Part shown: piece after piece, positions 1-13,837 of the stretch | Layout: every line of letters starts with the position of its first letter | Position numbering within the stretch: the stretch's first letter is position 1 | NCBI RefSeq assembly: GCF_964355755.1 | Contig: NC_092672.1 | Span: 23,387,237-23,451,236, forward strand | Reading direction: 5' to 3' | Length of the DNA: 64,000 nt | DNA from: Antedon mediterranea | Taxonomy: Eukaryota > Animalia > Echinodermata | The notes under the pieces: model-generated | What the model was told of the DNA's origin: nothing | Databases searched by the model: none | Seen by the model: only the letters and a program-made list of their open reading frames with translations | Translations under genes and position numbers: made by a program

Positions 1-108
1 ACCTTGGGAAAGGGTAATTTGTTGGGTCAAGTTATGTCAAAATGTATTATTTATGTTATCTTAGAACCTGTTTCTATGCGTAACTAAGGATAATTGTTTT
101 TTTAAATA

Positions 109-640
109 CAGTTGAACCTCCCGTAAGTGGCCACCCTCGGGACCTGGAAAAGTGGCCGCTTACGGGCGGTGACCCCTTACGGGAGGTTCTGCCGATAAAG
201 GGCCAAAATCACTTATTATGGCTATATACGCTATTCTTAACGAAACGAGCCTCTCAATTTTCCAGCTAATTGTAGGCCTATTATTATTTATAATCAGGTG
301 GTTTAGTATTTTTTAGCATTTTCAGACAAATTTTAAAAACTTTTATCATATGAAAAATGGTCGGTCAAAATCTGTGTAGTTTTCTCATCTCTTCACAGTA
401 ATGTTTTTAAAACCTCTTCAAAATAAAGCTAATATATAAAGAAATACAATAAACATGCACCTCTAATTCATAGATCCATGCAATAAGTATCACATTTTTC
501 GATTGGCCGCATACAAAAAATCTCATTTTTAGTATAAAAAGGTGCCCGCAGCTGCTTACGGTAAGCACCAAATGCACTAATTAGATAGGAAGAACAAACA
601 GGCTTTTCAAAGTGGGTCCGTCAAGGGAGGTGGTCGCTGT
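109..640 (+). mobile_element. Tc1/mariner-pogo-like non-autonomous element remnant
   Basis: TA|CAGTTGAACCTC left terminus followed by subterminal 'gtaagtggccac / ggccgcttacgg / gaggtt' repeats; right end degraded (~'gggaggtggtcgctgta'). Confidence 0.55.
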
Positions 641-2426
641 AAATAAAATATGGGGTTTTCATGAATAAAAATAATCACAGAAGAAAGTGCTTACGAATAT
701 GACCTTGTGAAACGGTAATTTGAAAATGCAAATAAGGCATGCCTGCTAATAATCTACAAATTTAAATTTGTATGAGATAAATATACAAAATTTAAAGAAT
801 ATCTCATTTTTAGTTACCATAGTAACTGTTGCTATGCATAACTAAGGGAAATTAAATAATTATCAGATAATTATTGATTAATAATTAATACTGAATCCAA
901 CCATCACAGTAAAAAAAATATAGAATTTAAAACCAATATTTAATAATAAAGTGTGATATTTTACATGCTGACCTTAAATGAAATGAAATTTCAAATCAGG
1001 GCTTCAATATTTGTTATGTAGCATTAACATACCTGAGTATATCATTGACTTTTGATTGGTTCTATTTTGGGGAGGGGAAAGTGGTGGATCCAGGACTTTT
1101 AAATAGTTAGGGCGTTGAAGGCGAGGGTCTAAAAACTTAACTTTATGTCCTATCTTTTGCATTGTAATTTTAACTTGGGGTGGGTGGGGGCTTGGAGAAA
1201 AGGGGAGGGGGTGGGATGGAGGAGTTTGAATCCGTCTATTCATTGGGGCGATAGTAGCGGCAGTGTGGGTGGTGCTTGAATGCATGCATTTGACACTCTA
1301 TAGTGGATGATCGACCAAAGTGTTGCAGTTTATCTTTTTGTGGTTATAGTCGGGGTGGGTGGGGGGGGGGGGGAGGGGTGGTAGTCGAAAGTGGTGGTGG
1401 ATGGGCATGTGGGATCTGCTTAGGTTAGCAAATAAAAGAAGTAAACAAATGAAAGAGGAGCTTCAAAATTAGAGGAGTAATCTGTTGCAAAGATTAAAAT
1501 TCACAACGATCTTATAATTTATTCAAATTTCCAGAGGATATAACCTATAAAACGACATTAAAACTGGGAATTACAGAATCTATAATTAAAAATTAATTTT
1601 TTTCTCACAACACAACTAGAACTATATAAAACATTAAGAATTTTTCTGACCAAATCAAATAATCAAAGAAAATAAAATGTTTTTACTAATATACCATGTT
1701 TTTTTTAAATAAAAATGCCTATGTTTCTCGCAACACTGCTTGTAGATTTTAAATTTACCCCAGTATTTTATTTTAGAAATCAATTATTAAATATTAGAAC
1801 TACCTATTTGTAATAAATCAGCTAAAAAAATACACCACTTTGGGCGTTATGGTGAAGTAAAATTTAGTTGCATTGAACAATTTAAAAAAAGTGAAAAACA
1901 CCCCTTTTTAAATAAATGGTATCTCCCAAAGAATGAAATAAAAAAAATAAAAAAAATTGAAACAGGTACACAATGCATTGTTATTATGCATACACTAATT
2001 ATTTTTTATAATTAAATGAACAACACAAAAATATCGTTCATCAAAGTAGTACTAATATCCATTTTAAAAAACCATAAAAATGGACAAAATTTGTCAAAAA
2101 CACAAATTTGGCCGTTGCCATGGAAATATACGTGTGAAATAAAAAATACTTCATATTTGATTTCTCTCAACACATATATAGCCATGTGCAAAATTTGAAA
2201 GAAATCCATTTTTTTGAGTCTGCCACTTTTTTTGATATTTCTTTGATTCTTACAGACAATGGCTCTTAAGGCAGCAAAAAAAAAAGTGATGAACAGGTGG
2301 CAAGCATTTCTATCCACATGAGACCCCTTATAAATAACAAAATATAAAAACACAAACATTGGTTTCGATTAAATAAAATAAAAATAAAAATAGCTGAAAT
2401 GATTCTATTTTCAGTTTCATATACAT

Positions 2427-2610
2427 TGCTGATAGCATACACCTCAATCATCACATTTTTTAAAGTTAAATGGTATTATAGTCAGTATGTTTTTATAAAT
2501 TGATAACGTTCAATAGAATACTCATAACACATTTCATAGCATAAACTTCTTTTGAATATTTAACTGTATTTTAGTATTATGCAGGTTAGATAACAGCACT
2601 AACAATTGTT
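2427..2610 (+). repeat. Diverged fourth copy of the intron segment found downstream of type-A ankyrin exons
   Basis: 'tgctgatagcatacacctcaatcatc...aagttaaatggtattatagtcagtatgtttttataaattgataac...' also at ~7063, ~38255 and ~42581. Confidence 0.85.
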
Positions 2611-3664
2611 ATCGAACATAATTTAAACCAAATCATACATACAACGATAAGACATTAACCGATTCCGTTTAAAACCAGTTTAAGGTCAACATTTTAAATT
2701 TAAATTAATTTATGTTTCTATCCACTCTACCATTTTCATATAAAGATATTGTGGAACCACGTCAGGTCAAGTTCAATATTGAATATCGAAACGTGGCAGG
2801 CTGAAGGCGCTTGACCTTTGACAAGATCACCTAAAATTTATAAATTTAAACTTACGATACTTAGTATTATATATTTAGGAATAGCCGCTCCATAATCTCT
2901 TTGCTTTTCTTCCTTATATCTATATTTTATTTTTTCAATTTATACTAACAAATATCTTTTTATTAATATTATAATCATGACAATAAATATTTAAAAAATA
3001 CATATAAAATAATATTTAACGCATAACATAGAGTCTAGGATAATTATTTGATATACAAAATCATTACACCCAACTACTGTCTTTATCTCCTTGTGCGGAA
3101 CATCATTTGAATAATAGAACAAGTCACACATCTACATATAATTTAACATCGTATACTCTATCCCTACTCCACATCCCTACTCTATCAGACACTATTGCAA
3201 CATGAAAATAAGTATGATGGTTTATGTGAAATAGTACAACACACACTATTAATTATTCAGCTCTATACTAAATTGATTTTAAATATAATATATAAAAAAG
3301 TCCTACATTATCATTCATGCTTATATTAACAAATATTGCCTATTTTTCTCTCTTTCTTTTAAAAATAGATTACTTTTTAAAGGCACATAATTTAACTCAT
3401 CAGCTTTTGTATTTTTGTTATATGAAAGAACAGATTTCACACAGCAGTTTGAAACGGTGGGCCCATACAAACAATTCAATTGTCCACTTATAAAATGTAC
3501 CATAACATTAACAAATTGATAAAACCTAACCACTTTTAAATAAAACAACCCAAAACATGGTAGAACACTGGAGGCCTTTTGCCACCCCTCCACCACCAGT
3601 TCCTGAGGCCGTTGTTCAAACTTTGTCCCAAACCCCCTTTCCCCCTCCCTATTTTTCAAGGCTG

Positions 3665-3912
3665 GATCCACCTCTGGGATTTATTAACAATTTTGTTGAT
3701 ATGATCATCCCAACATAAGTCTGATGCTATTTTGACACCAAGTTTTGTTTGCGTTTTCTCAAAGATACAACCATTCATCTGATCAAAATATGTGATGATA
3801 TGTTTAGAACGTGATATGGAAATAATTTGAAAATTAATTTCCCATGTTACTCCATTGAATAAGAACATCAATGTACATCTGAGGCAAATGACAGAGTCAT
3901 CAATGTTATTGA
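3665..3912 (-). mobile_element. Degenerate CR1/L2-type LINE reverse transcriptase fragment
   Basis: Minus-strand 'NNIDDSVICL' (YxDD-like) and 'KLGVKIASDLCWDDHINKIVNKSQR', matching the KxLGVxIxxDLxWxxHI motif of these LINEs. Confidence 0.7.
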
Positions 3913-5235
3913 TTGACTTGTAACATTTTCCTTATTTATAATACGTCATGAACCAATCATGGAAATGAATTTAGACACAAACTACTTGTGGTAGTTATCA
4001 ACATGTTGACCCTATCAGCTCAAGCTCTGTGTTGTATACACAAGGATGTCACCAGCATGTCATGAGTGGTGGTCAGCGACCCTCCCCACCAAAAAGGGCT
4101 TCATAATAAGGTCGAAAAAAATGCATTTCGTAGACAACCCTACAATGTTTTTTGTGAGGTAACAAGTGTGCAAAATTAATGAGTCAATTTTAACTGACGG
4201 AGGATCAAGTTGTAAATTACTCTGAAGCATTTATTATTTATTGTAATCGTTTTCTTCGGGGTGTTTTTTATCTACTCGACTGACGGCGAATATATAAATA
4301 AATTGAAATTTCCCACGGTAGATACATGATAGCACCACACGGTGAACCACAATGAACTAGTAGTAGTAAATAGGCTTAGGCCAACTTCTAAAACTAAAAC
4401 GTCCAGTCGAACCAGAAACAATGCCGACAACAAAAGATCGTTAATATTCTAAATATAGTTATCGGAACGTCGATCGCGCACAGACCTAGAAATTTTTTTT
4501 TCATATTACGGCAGGCCTGGAAAACGCGACAAAGATCGTTTCCTAGATTTTGTGTCTGATAACAAGACATGAAACGCGATACTCTCTCTCCAAATTAACA
4601 GTACCCATACGTATAGCACATGTTTTTTTCACTCAAAATTAATTATCGGGGTTAGCTTCAGAATACTAGGGCCATTTTCTTTACACAGTGACATGTCGTA
4701 ATAATTGGGCCTAGGCCTATGTTAAATCTTAACATGGAAATATAGATTTTGCATATATTTTTTTATGTTTACGTCGGTGTATTTATAATTCGCTAAGCCA
4801 AGGTAGGATTAAATAATTTAGCGTAAGCCTAGGCCGCCAAAACTAGACTCCACTCTGATGTCGATTCGGCGCACCATGTCGTCTTGTCCGGCTAAATTAG
4901 GCTAACCACTAAAATGTGTCGTCTCCTACTAGGTCTAGCCTAGGTAGAATTTTTATGCGGCGCCGATTTTAATTAGTGAACAGTACATTGTTAATTTGCA
5001 TTGTCCATATGCGTTTTCTAAAAAGGCGAAGACAATTTAGTCAGGTTGCTTAGCACTTTTTTTGTACACTTTGTGACAAAAGCACCAAACTTGGCAGAAA
5101 CCTTCTTTAGGACCTAACAATTCTAGAAGGGGTGCCCAAAAATTCTAACAATTTAATAACGTCATTTTGACCATGCCCTTTTTTAATATATTATGTATAG
5201 CTATGTAAAAATATTTAAAAAATATAAATTACATA

Positions 5236-5812
5236 AATATGTCAAGTTTGGTATCAAATCATAGCTTATGACATGTAAAATACCTCTAACATGAGGAAAA
5301 TATAGTTTCACAATATGACGTCATAAAAGCCACACCCAATATACTGTATACATAACTTCGTGAAAAAATTAAAGAAATAAATAAATATGGCAAGTTTAGT
5401 ATCAAATTATAGCTTATTAAATGTAAAATACCACTTACATGAGGAAAATATAATTTCACAATATAATGACGTCATAAAAGCCACACCCATTATATACAAC
5501 ATAACTTTGTGAAAAAATTAAAGAAATAAATAAATATGGCATGTTTGGTATTAAATTATAGCTTATGGCATGTACAATACCACTAACTATGAGAAAAATA
5601 TAATTTCACAATATAATGACGTTATCAAAGACACAGCCATTATATATTACAAACTTCGTGGGAAAATTTAAGAAATCAAATTAATATGGCATGTTTGGTA
5701 TTAAATTAAAGCTATGACATGTACAAAACCACGGAACTATACAAAGTATAATTTGAACAATATAATGATGCCATTACTTAAGCCACACCCATTATATAAA
5801 TATATATAACTT
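5236..5812 (+). repeat. ~149-bp tandem repeat, 4 copies (2 copies in paralog ~41117-41390)
   Basis: Units start 'aatatg(t/g)ca(a/t)gttt(g/a)gtat' at ~5236, 5384, 5533, 5683. Confidence 0.85.
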
Positions 5813-5843
5813 TCAAAATTTTGAACTACTGTAGATCATTATC

Positions 5844-5970
5844 AAGCTCTGTCTACACTATCCAACTTTATGTGAGAAAAAAATGTGATGTGCACATGGT
5901 GATGATGATATTTGGGCATAGAGTACACTTTTTTTGTCAAACTTATGTAGTGATAGTGTAGACATAGCTT
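5844..5970. mobile_element. Small MITE (PIF/Harbinger-like)
   Basis: TIR aagctctgtctacactatc ... gatagtgtagacatagctt; left end deleted in the paralog at ~41391. Confidence 0.7.
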
Positions 5971-6354
5971 AAGATTGACAGAAAGATAAACCGCAACAGG
6001 CCTAGAACATGAATTTTAAACTGCCCGGTGATATACTGAAATAAAATTAATTATAAAATGATATAGTTAGTATACTGTAATCTGTTTAATATTTCAGAAT
6101 ATAAGTATACCTTGATCATGAGCATAAGAATTAAAAAAAACAATACATTTTACAATGCTTTGTAGAAATAATAATTTAAAATTGATTGTTGTTTTTAGGA
6201 AAATTATTTTCAACATTGAAAAAATATTAATTTATTAATATAAATTAAGGATATTTATAAGATTATTAATATTAGTCATTTTTTGTGTGTTAGATATTAA
6301 GGAATATGATGTACATTTTTTGTAACTTTGTTTATTATTTAATATTTTCAATAG

Positions 6355-6453
6355 GATGGCAGGACAGCCTTAATGTATGCTGCTGATGCAGGTAATACAA
6401 TCATCTGCCAACTGGTCTTAGATGGAGGAGCTGATGTCAATATGCAGAATAAG
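6355..6453 (+). CDS. Ankyrin-repeat exon A1 (99 nt, phase 0/0): DGRTALMYAADAGNTIICQLVLDGGADVNMQNK
   Basis: ttttcaatag| ... |gtaagt; 33 codons matching the ankyrin consensus G-T-LH-AA--G------LL--GADVN. Confidence 0.92.
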
Positions 6454-8194
6454 GTAAGTCATACACACAGTTTATAACATTAATTTAAACCTTCAGTGAA
6501 ACAAATCAATAAATTGAAACTATTGTTTTTAGAATTTAGATGACTACCAGTACTATAAGACTTTAGGAAAATCATAGATATTATATAATATCTCTATGGA
6601 AAGATTAATTTAGTTGACAATACACTACTGTAGTATCCATGTTCTTATACTATTGTAGTTATATTATAATAATACCAATTCTCGTAACAAACATATTTTA
6701 AATATATCTTGTACATTCTTAAAATGAATAGAATAACACAATACTGGTATGTGAGGTCAATATAGAAATGATGAATATTATAAGTTATAAACACATGTGT
6801 AATAACTTATTTTCTTCTTTTTTACAAATTATCAAAATATTCTGATTAAATTTGCAATCAAATTTTTTTTATTAAGAAAATGTATACTTCAAGTTACTTG
6901 TTTACAACATTAATATGTGTATTCAATAATATACACATTTATTTTCCATAATTCGTTGCCGAATGCTGCTTTAGAAATAAAGTGTGAAATGAATTTTTCA
7001 CCAAAGTTTTTAAATATTTATGCTATTGATTATTAATTTAACTACTGTACTGTAAATAAAAACTGCTGATAGCATACACCTCAATCATCAAAGTAAAGTT
7101 AAATGGTATTATATTCAGTATGTTTTTATAAATTGATAACATTCAATAGAATACTCATAACACTTTTCATAGCATAAATTTCTTTTGAACATTAACTTAT
7201 TTTAGTATGAGGCAAGTTAGATGATTTGTCAAGTTGTATTTTTAAAAAATAGCACTAATAATAGTTGATATGATAGGAGTTTTAAAAAAAGATTAAGTTG
7301 TCTATCATCAACCCTCACCTTAATTCCTTTGCTCTTTATATTTTGAGGATATTTCTAGATTAAAATGATATACCTATCAGTGGGACAGCCAGTCGACAAA
7401 TCGTGTCAAATTTCGACTCGGAGAGGGCGCCCTACTTTTCTAATTTGGTTCAAAATTGCTAAATTTTAGGGTGTTGGAAAAACACAATATTTGTAAATTT
7501 AGCTGATTATCGGAAAAATATTGTTAGTGAAATAAATTCATAAATGGTTTTAATATATTGTCATGTAAAATTAAATGTATTTGAACAAAACGATAATCTG
7601 TAATTTAACGGCAAAATCAACCAATGTCTTTTTTCCGAAATTGTACCCTAGAAAATCGTTAAAATAAAATATTTAGAAAAATTGAACAGTCCTGAATTTA
7701 AAATCCCTGTTAGAAAAATTAATAATCTACAGTATACGATATTAAGATACAAAATTCGGTGGTTGGGATGCAGCTTCGACTATTCAAACTAAAGGTACCA
7801 CTATTTGTTCCATCGAAAACTAGCGAAACCGCCATTTTGTAAACACATCGTCATCGTGTTTATGAATTTATTTATAGCGAACGATATACGCGATGTTTAT
7901 AATTGTCCGCGTATAAGAATCTATATATAAATTTACGTAAGGGCAAAATTCGGTAAATCGCGCCTTACTTCTAGAATTTTCACTCGATGGTATGTAAAGT
8001 TGGTTCGTACTTTCGGTACTGATTTTAACCGCCTGATGTAACCCTGTTTACTAATTAAATTGAGTTAGATAATTAGTTATTGACGATTAAAACGAATTTA
8101 GGTTCAACGATTTGCCCCAAATAGGGGTGTTTTCCGATCGTGGTATACACTGTCTAATGGATGTCCATCTTGAAAAATACCCGCCAAAAAAAAT

Positions 8195-9330
8195 GCGAGG
8201 AGGCTTCGCATTTTTCTATCTCCTCCTACGATAATTGTTTTTAATAGCTGAAAACCGGTTGAACAGCTAGAGTACACCATCATAATGTTGAAGACAGGCC
8301 GATTTTCTTTAAAAAATACTATTTTGATAGATTTAATATACGATTATACAAATGTATTGATTTGCGATGAATGGAACATCCCAATCTCTCAGTCTGCCAG
8401 AGTTTGGTTTAACACAAGTACTGTAGGTAAATTTATGAGCCCTTGGTTTAACACATACGGTAGGTAAATATATGGGCCCTTTGAGAATAAACTTGCAATA
8501 CTTTGACAATACTGTAAATACCTATTAACTATTTTTCATTTGAATCGAACATTTCTTACTGTGAATGTTCGTACTGTTAGATGTAATATAAAAATATATA
8601 CAAATAAACTTTATTACTGAGACTGTGGATAGGCTCTACTGTTAGATATACAAATAAACTTTATACTGACAGTTCCTTCTCAACGTTTGTATTAATTAAT
8701 AATTACCAAAAATATAAACGTCGTAGTGGTGTATCGTGACATGTACTTTAATATTTCAATCGATTATGACAGTGACAGTTTTAACAAAGTATTAAATCGC
8801 AGATGTTTTAGGCCTACTGTATTTAGAGGTATATTATTTATAGGCCTATAAAACATGAACAAAATATTTCGTTACTCAGTGGATAAAGAATATATTTAAA
8901 AATTGTTACTCTTTGTACCTATCCGCTTTCCCATCCCTCAACCCTAATGTTACATAGCGAGGAGGCTTCGCATTTTCCTATCTCCTCCTACGATAATTGT
9001 TTTTAATAGCTGAAAACCGGTTGAACAGCTAGAGTACACCATCATAATGTTGAAGACAGGCCGATTTTCTTTAAAAAATACTATTTTGATAGATTGCTAG
9101 AGTACACCATCATAATGTTGAAGACAGGCCGATTTTCTTTAAAAAATACTATTTTGATAGATTTAATATACGATTATACAAATGTATTGATTTGCGATGA
9201 ATGGAACATCCCAATCTCTCAGTCTGCCAGAGTTTGGTTTAACACAAGTACTGTAGGTAAATTTATGAGCCCTTGGTTTAACACATACGGTAGGTAAATA
9301 TATGGGCCCTTTGAGAATAAACTTGCAATA
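8195..9330 (+). repeat. Internal direct duplication (8195-8500 and 8957-9330, the second with an extra ~70-bp internal repeat)
   Basis: Near-identical 'gcgaggaggcttcgcatttt...acttgcaata' blocks; explains the twin ORFs at 8285 and 9094. Confidence 0.9.
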
Positions 9331-10448
9331 GGTTCGGAAAATGTTAAAAACCAATTTCTATTATTTGAATCGGTAAACAGTTTCCATTTATTATACATTG
9401 ATAATGAAACATGAAATATTCCTATTTATGTCCCTCGAGGTTCATTACAATTTATATTTAGTAGTCCCACGGACTTCATCTTAGCCACTCCCCCGAGTGC
9501 TAAGGCCAAATTTATGATACCCTACTTTCTATGTAAGTTTAGTTACAGTTAGTTTTTGACGATAATACAACGAATTTAGGTTACACCCTTCGGCCGCGAA
9601 AACGTTTCTGTACAAATATGATACCGATTGGCTTTATTTCATTCAACAGCGACCATAATCTCGCCAATTACAGGATAGATAAACTATTTTATTATTGATG
9701 TGCTTATAAATTAAGACTCATGTAAACAGCTTGATTACATCATTTTACAGACAAACGAAACTTTTTTTAAAACATACTGTTTCAATAACTGAGTATAATA
9801 CTGTATACGTTTTCATAAGTAAGTGCATATACATTTTCGTGTTTTCATTGACGAGATTGTAATAGTAACTTCAGTAACTATTACAGTACTTATTTATTAT
9901 ACGACACAAGACAATTGTATCTGACAGGTACGTACATTATTCTAAAAAATAAGTCTAGATAGATCCCTTAGGCGTCATAAATCACAGGCCAACAAATCAG
10001 TACTCATGACAGAAATTCGACCCAGTTTGGTTCACACAAATGTTTACAGGAATTTCAACACCACAACCGATGATTTGCCCTAAATATTTAGGTAGACTAC
10101 AGTTTAATTTTTCACTGAATAGGAGCTTGAATTTCCGATTTCCATTTCGCAGAATGTCTAGGTCTATTTATTTAGTTTGGTTCTTATAATATATAAATAC
10201 AATCAACTTTATTACTGCGGTTCCATCACCCCCACCACGTGCCGCCCAATTCCCGTACATACATTTCCATTTCTCCCTAATTTCTTTAATCCACATAAAT
10301 TAATTGTCCTTTATGGAATCCAGTATTGGTTTTGTTGTCTCTATTTCTGAATACCCCAATTAGGGGGACACTTCCGTTTTTGTTTAGTGTCCCAAAAAAG
10401 TCCCCGTCCGTGGATTCTACTGTATTCGAGAACCATCTGTGAGCACCC

Positions 10449-10485
10449 CTAGATGGTACGCGAGCGAAGCGAGCGTGCCATCTAG
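10449..10485 (+). repeat. Hairpin ending in CTAG, Helitron/Helentron-like terminus
   Basis: ctagatggtacgc-gagcgaagcga-gcgtgccatctag. Confidence 0.45.
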
Positions 10486-13400
10486 TTCATATAAATAATA
10501 CATTCCAATACAACGTATATTATTACTTGTTTATTTATCACAGTATACATTTTAGTTGAGGAATATTTTCATAACTATTATAATAGCTTTTATACGAGTC
10601 CGAGGCCTAGCCCTATTAGCGAGCGATTGTTCCAGGGGCGGAAAGTCACTTAGTGACGTTGTGATCGGGCGCGTAGGGCCTAGCTAATATTAAAAATATT
10701 ACCTGAAATAAGCGGCTAACAAGAACTGTTATATACTTGCTTACAATTGTTTTGTTATTGATGAACAAACAAGCAATTAGATTGAATAACAAATTATTTA
10801 TTCATTTTTTTTGGGTAAAAACATGTACAAACTAGTAGTAGTAGTACTGTATAATATAAATTAATAGTAATATTAAACTAATACAGTATAAATAATAAAA
10901 TATAAAATAGGCCTAACATACAATAAATATTCAATTTTTAAGGTCTATCACATGACAATAACATAATTTACAGAGTATAGTGTAGTAGGTTTGCATTCAA
11001 CATAAATATTTATTTGTAATTCAGCATTTTGTTTTAAATAATTAAATTATAGTTTGGGTATGACAATGTCGGTAGGTACCGGTGTCATCTTTTTATCCAC
11101 TTCACTCTCAGTTTGAAGTCACAAAGACAGAGAACTCTGCATCATCAACAATTCCTGAAAGTGTCAGAAAAAATAATAAATATTATTTTAAAAAAAAATG
11201 TTAATGTCTGGTTGTATATATAATTATAATATTATTATGATGACATAAAAGTAAGGCAAATAGAAGCTGTATTTTATTAATTAAATTACAGTATTTACTA
11301 TTATTATTTATATAATCTAGGCCTACTAGTAGCCTAGCTAGGCATCTATTGAGCCTAATAAATCAAATAATAAATGAAAAATAAAATAATAATATTAGTA
11401 GGCCTACTGATTGAAAAAAAAGGATTTTTTGGGGCGGGGGATCAGATCACCAGGCTAGGCCGGCCAGGACCAATGATACTCGTAATCAGTACAACTTAAC
11501 GACTATCGGATCAGCATCAACACAGTACAACACACGTCTCGCTATATCGCCTATACTGACACACGTGTCTCGCGTTGCCGAAACCACGCTCACAGCTAGA
11601 AAATGTACCTACCTTTCGAGGCCTGAGAATACACCAATAAATTTTGAACAGGATAGAAATATATCATACTCGATTAAACTAATATTATTCTTGATAAAAC
11701 AATTGATTATAATTTGTTTAATTTGTTGGGATGCACCTCCGACTATTCAGAAAATGGACAATAATCCGGACAATGATACACAAACTCGTGGTAGTTACTT
11801 TAACCGTTCTTTATTCTTCGGTAAAGTCTGAAACACAAATAAACTCAGTGAAAACACGCACAAGGCAGCACAGCTGCATGTGCAAACAACCCCAAAATAC
11901 AGCGTAGCAGATACATACAGTCAAACTACTACACGAGGGCTAGTCAGGCTTATGGCCAATTAGCCGATCGAAACACTTAACTAAATAGCCTAACTAATAA
12001 TTTTAATATTCAAAGTCAAGAACATTAACACAACTTAAATGTTATAAAACGTACGTAGTACTCCCACGTATCACTGTCGGAAATAAGATAAATACAGTAT
12101 CTACTATTAGATAATAAGCGTGATCTTGCTGACAATTCTGTTTTCCACCAAAACAAATCTTTACGCCACCAACGTCAAAGTTCGAAATCCGAAACAGACA
12201 ACAAAACAGTAGTCAAATCGTACCACATTTATAAATTTCACGAGTCCCGACTTCAGTCGCCGAATGTATTGTATTAGCTTCGGTTTCTTTGAAGGAAACC
12301 GATTGGTTATTCAATTATACTTATTAGGAAATGCTTTTACCATAATAGGTAATGTTGGGCGGTTCTTAAATATTCATGAGAGCTTAAAATAAAACAGCAC
12401 TTATTTGCTAGGCGACGAAAAATCATGGTTTCAGTTTTCAACGATAGGTGGCGCTTCAAAATCGTCAATGCAGAAGTAAGTCGATTTTACACGATTTAAC
12501 GGTCAAAACGCGAAGTGGCTTTCCCACTGCTATGCTGAAAAGTTGTAAGGATTACTTTTGGTAGAAGGGCTGTTCTTACCTAAAATTAGAGCAAATACAT
12601 AAGCCCATAACACCATAATAATATTATGACAAAATATATATTACATATACACACACATATATTATACAAAATTTTATATTTTTTGTGGTATATTGTTCTG
12701 TATAATATTGAATATCCTAAGTTGTTTAAATTTAACCAATGGCAGCATATCATAGTTAAAATTATTTGAGTTGCTCTTACAGCCTTGTGTTAAATGTTAG
12801 TTGGAACCATTGTTATAATTTTAAATCTTTTGGTTTAGGAACCAAATTCAAGCCTATTAAATTCCATTGATTTGCTACTCATATATTTTTGTCATTTTTT
12901 GGTTAAATTTAGCTATTTTAGGGCTTTCAACAATCTACAACATTTACATTTTTATTGACTAATTAAAATACAATATCTAGCTATTTGTTGGTTTTCAACA
13001 ATCTACAACATTCTTTTTTTATGGGCTAATTAAAATAATACAGTATCTATCTATTATTTGGATTTTCAACATATACAGTATTCTAGCTAATTTTGGGTTA
13101 TTTAAAACTAATTGTAAATTGCTAAAAGGCCACATAACAAACAAAACTTGTTTAACATCCCCTGCCCTCCTAGATGTTTGGCTTTCTTTCCTCTGGTGTA
13201 ATTTTTGTTGTGTTTAACAGTTTATGAGAAAAAATTGCTTTACTTGAAACAGTATTGTGGTTATAATCAAGAAATTGCAAATGAAAAGGCAATTAAATTA
13301 GTTCAACAATACATTGATAAAGATGCACACAAGTATAGCTAACAATTCTTGCGTAAGCTACATTTAAATTTCTAATTTTTTAAAATAAATTTGAGATTTT

Positions 13401-13837
13401 TTTTTTCACACTTAATGTAAATTAATTCAAATAACCCACAAAATTTTAGATGATACAATCTGTTTCATATTTCAGAATTTAAATATACCTTATGTTTTGG
13501 TGCACAAAATGCCATAAGTAAGAAGCAATTTTTTTATTAACGGATAGAAGCATAATGTATATTTTAAAATGTAAAACAAATCGGAATAGTTCACACAAAA
13601 CAACAAATTGTACATGCTTTATAAAACAATATTTAAAAATGTATTGTTTCGAAAATTAACTGAGGACATTGTTGTGGGAAAATAGGACAAGTAGATCAAA
13701 ATGCAAGATAAACATTTATTATTCAATAAGGATGTTGTATCAAAAACAATAAGATATTTAATCATTTTATTTTATTACGTATTAACATGTTGTACTGTAT
13801 GTTTTGTAATATTCTTAATGTTTAATATATTCAATAG

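Larger units (their letters stand above)
7378..12529. mobile_element. 5.15-kb non-autonomous TIR DNA element with 4-bp TSD (possibly Academ-like)
   Basis: Termini cagtgggacagcca / tggctttcccactg, TSD ctat at 7374-7377 and 12530-12533; empty site 'gatatatctatgctgaa' in paralogs at ~42890 and ~38557. Confidence 0.85.
4649..13375 (+). repeat. Segmental duplication unit A1 (paralogous to 40537-44250 and partly to 37763-40045)
   Basis: Near-identical sequence from 'gggttagct.cagaatactagggccattttc' onward; contains the exon at 6355 and a 5.15-kb insertion. Confidence 0.92.

Noticed and set aside
1004-1400. Pro-rich ORF and G-rich tract
   Set aside because: Low-complexity G-runs explain the ORF; quadruplex potential alone is unremarkable.
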